A stretch of DNA of 63,513 nucleotides, the filler included, from Octopus bimaculoides (lineage: Eukaryota), in NCBI RefSeq assembly GCF_001194135.2. It is 6 parts of 5 records of this genome, joined end to end, with 100 filler letters (N's around TTAATTAATTAA, not from the genome) between each part and the next. Parts side by side here need not be neighbours in the genome. Positions count along the whole stretch, not along the records: positions 60,656 to 63,513 come from NC_068985.1; 5 more parts are not named here. One strand, given 5' to 3'. Below are positions 61,056 to 63,513 of this stretch, piece after piece. The notes beneath the pieces were generated by a model. It searched no databases and was not told where the DNA came from. It saw nothing but the letters and a program-made list of their open reading frames with translations. Made by a program: the position numbers and the translations under genes. Numbering within the stretch: the stretch's first letter is position 1; every line of letters begins with the position of its first letter.

Positions 61056-61790
61056 CAGTATCTTACAGAATTATATAGACTGCTAAAAAGTTTTAGTAAA
61101 ATTGCCATTACTCTGATAATATTGAAGGAAATTTATACTGAATAACATATTGTACATGCAAATATTATACAAAACTAAACATTTTCAAATATATGAAAGA
61201 AATATTCATTTTCTAATATTACAAAAATATGTACACCCTAGAGTAAATTTGCTATATTCCATATTTTATCCACTTTTTTTTTTACTCGATTCATATATTG
61301 CTGATAATTTCAATTCTAACGAATTATTTATCCTGGCAGTTTTGCACCGGTTATTGCTATTGCATCTGCAGAAATTTTGATTTCTGTACCGTGGTGAAAA
61401 TCTTCATTGTGATTAAAATGGCACCAAAAGGAAAATAATTGTCTGAAGATTTGAAGAAAATTATTTTTAATTTGCACAAGAATAGTTTAGGGTACAAGTT
61501 AATTAGCAATCGATTACATTTGTGTAAGCACAGTTGCCAAAGTAATTCAAAAGTACAAAGCTACTGGACGGTGAAGCAATAAACATCGTCCAAGTCGCCC
61601 TTCTATTTTAACTGCGCGTGATATTCGCCACGTCCAACGTTGTGTGATGGACGACAGGTGTCGTACCGCTTCATCTGTGGGATACGAAGTGTCTTCTGTT
61701 ACTGGAAAGAGTGTAACCGTCCAAACAGTCGCCATATATCCGTCCAAACAGTTTGAACAAGTCTGGTCTTCCTAGATGTATTCTTCGGCA
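61056..61790 (+). mobile_element. Tc1-like DNA transposon, left end and transposase N-terminus (decayed), truncated by a PLE
   Basis: The start is TA|CAGT. From ATG at 61418: MAPKGK*LSEDLKKIIFNLHKNSLGYKLISNRL...TVAKVIQKYKATG...RPSILTARDIRHVQRCVMDDRCRTAS...SVTVQTV. Confidence 0.75.
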
Positions 61791-63300
61791 ACAGACATAT
61801 TAGGCATGTATTTATTATCCAAACTTAAACTAGCAAACTTAAAGTTAGAAGGTGGTCTATAGGGATGACCTAATGTTAATAACAAAGGACTGCATCAACA
61901 GAACTCTAGAATTATATTAGAAGAAAATATATAGTTTTTTTTCAAAAGAAATGGATTGAGCATTAGCATATATAATGAGCACTACATTGCTAGTTATTTA
62001 GATGTTAATTTTAATTTAATAACCGGTATAACTCAACCTTTCCATAAAAATATTGAAAACCTTAGATATATTAATGCTAAGAGTAACCACCCACCCGCGA
62101 TTTAAAAAATCGTTAACATAGAATATTGGAAAAAAGAATATCGCTACTTTCGTCTAGCTATGAAATTTTCCATAAACATGCACCTTATTATATTGAAGAA
62201 CTTCGTAAGGCGGTATATAATGATAATATAATTGTTTTAAATAATAATTCTAGCTATACCGTTAATATCAAAGAATATAATAATAAAAACAATACATTTG
62301 TTTTTATAATAACAAACAGAACTGTAAGAAATATAAGGTTTCCTAAACAAAGATAAGGCAAACGATAAACGTAAACGTAACAATAAGAATTATAGATTAG
62401 CTAATACAATGATAGATCATTCATTTAAAGATTAATAAATCATAAACCTAATAATAGAAATGATAACGAAAAAGTTGGTTAATAATCCCTTACGGGGAGA
62501 AAGTTAATACAAATATTTTTAAAGAAATTCTAAATATAATCGAAACATTCATTAAAGACAATAAGAAAAAGTGAAGACATTTTCTCTAACAAGAACTTAG
62601 GGGTTGCTTACTCTACTACTAATAATGTTGGTAACATTATCTCATCCTTTAACAAGTTTAAATTGAATAAGTTTTACAATAATAAATTAAGCAAAATTCC
62701 CAATAACAATAATAGTAATAATAAAGACCAGCACATAACTAACTGCACATGCAGAGATAAAACCAAATGCAAATTTAACGATAAATGTGATTTAGAGAAT
62801 GAGGTATACCAATGTGTAGTAACTCTTAATGGTAATAATAACAGGAATAGATATAGTCTAAACACGATTTACCTCGGCTCAACCTCTAACAAAATCGAAT
62901 TATGAGTGGCACAACATGCATTCTTTTAAGAATAAAAAACTTAATTAATTCCACTGGTCTTAGTAAATACATATGGGACCTGAAATCGAAAGGAATTAAG
63001 TACAATTTAAAATGGGAAATAGTTTGCAAGGCAAAACTTTATCGAATAGGTAGTAAATTCTGCTCTTTATGAACTAACGAGTTTAAGGAAATGCAATTTA
63101 CTGATAATAAAAAATTAATAAGTTCCCAGGATGAACGCAAAATTTTATTTTATTTGCATTATTTAAATATTACGATACGTTTTTTTAAATTTACAAGACC
63201 TGAAGAATGTCTTCATTCTGAGTGGAACTTATCTTGATCGATTTATTGTAAATTGCACAGATCTTTTCCACTATTATGTGGCCACGAAACGCGCTTTGTC
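61790..63300 (+). mobile_element. Penelope-like element 3' part (RT catalytic motif to GIY-YIG and 3' hammerhead remnant)
   Basis: GLYRDDLML; YLDVNFNL; APYYIEELRKAVY; NCTCRDKTKCKFNDKCDLENEVYQCVVT...IYLGST; STGLSKYIWDLKSKGIKYNLKWEI. ACAAGAC-CTGAAGA...CAC-GAAAC-GCGC-TTTGT at 63193-63299. Confidence 0.85.
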
Positions 63301-63513
63301 TATTATTCACTTTGTTTTTATAAATTTACTAAACTGAATCAAACTTTTAATCTCGTATTTTATAGATTTCATGGATTAAACTTTTCTTTTCGATTAAATC
63401 AGTATTTTTAAAAGTATATTTTTCTTGATAGTGTCTGATTTCCTTCATTGTTTGGATTGCATCTTAGTGGTTCTTCTCTAAATTATTAATATATATATAT
63501 ATATATATATATA

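Noticed and set aside
63060-63085. TGA at a conserved Cys position (CSL*) as selenocysteine recoding, as known for some Naiad PLEs
   Set aside because: The element has many other stops and frameshifts, has a C-terminal EN layout, and shows no recognisable SECIS. Simple decay is sufficient.

Overview
AT-rich, gap-rich animal genomic DNA. The SINE families and dense (TA)n/(CA)n microsatellites look like an octopus-type cephalopod assembly; this is my recognition, not a database result. Five N-flanked TTAATTAATTAA spacers indicate stitched scaffolds, so continuity across them is not guaranteed. The only host-gene signal I can support is three phase-compatible minus-strand exons (46719-46556, 44522-44241, 41341-41073) encoding an AMOP-domain protein of the SUSD2/Mesh type. 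Most other recognisable sequence is decayed transposon: several Penelope-like elements (PLEs), two CR1-type LINEs, RTE, R4/Dong and Tx1-like fragments, ORF1-only gag-like retroelements, Helitron, hAT, MULE and Tc1 remnants, a long-inverted-repeat element, and many tRNA-derived SINEs. The most interesting layer is invisible in the ORF track. About a dozen type I hammerhead-ribozyme motifs from several distinct families are present. One family places a tRNA-like Pol III module upstream of the hammerhead in a PLE terminal repeat, and others are short non-coding units with inverted or direct repeats. Two pre-miRNA-like hairpins and a stand-alone tRNA-like gene lie within or next to the AMOP gene. 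There are no prokaryotic features, rRNA genes or CRISPR arrays. Most long ORFs in the track are N-run or microsatellite artefacts.
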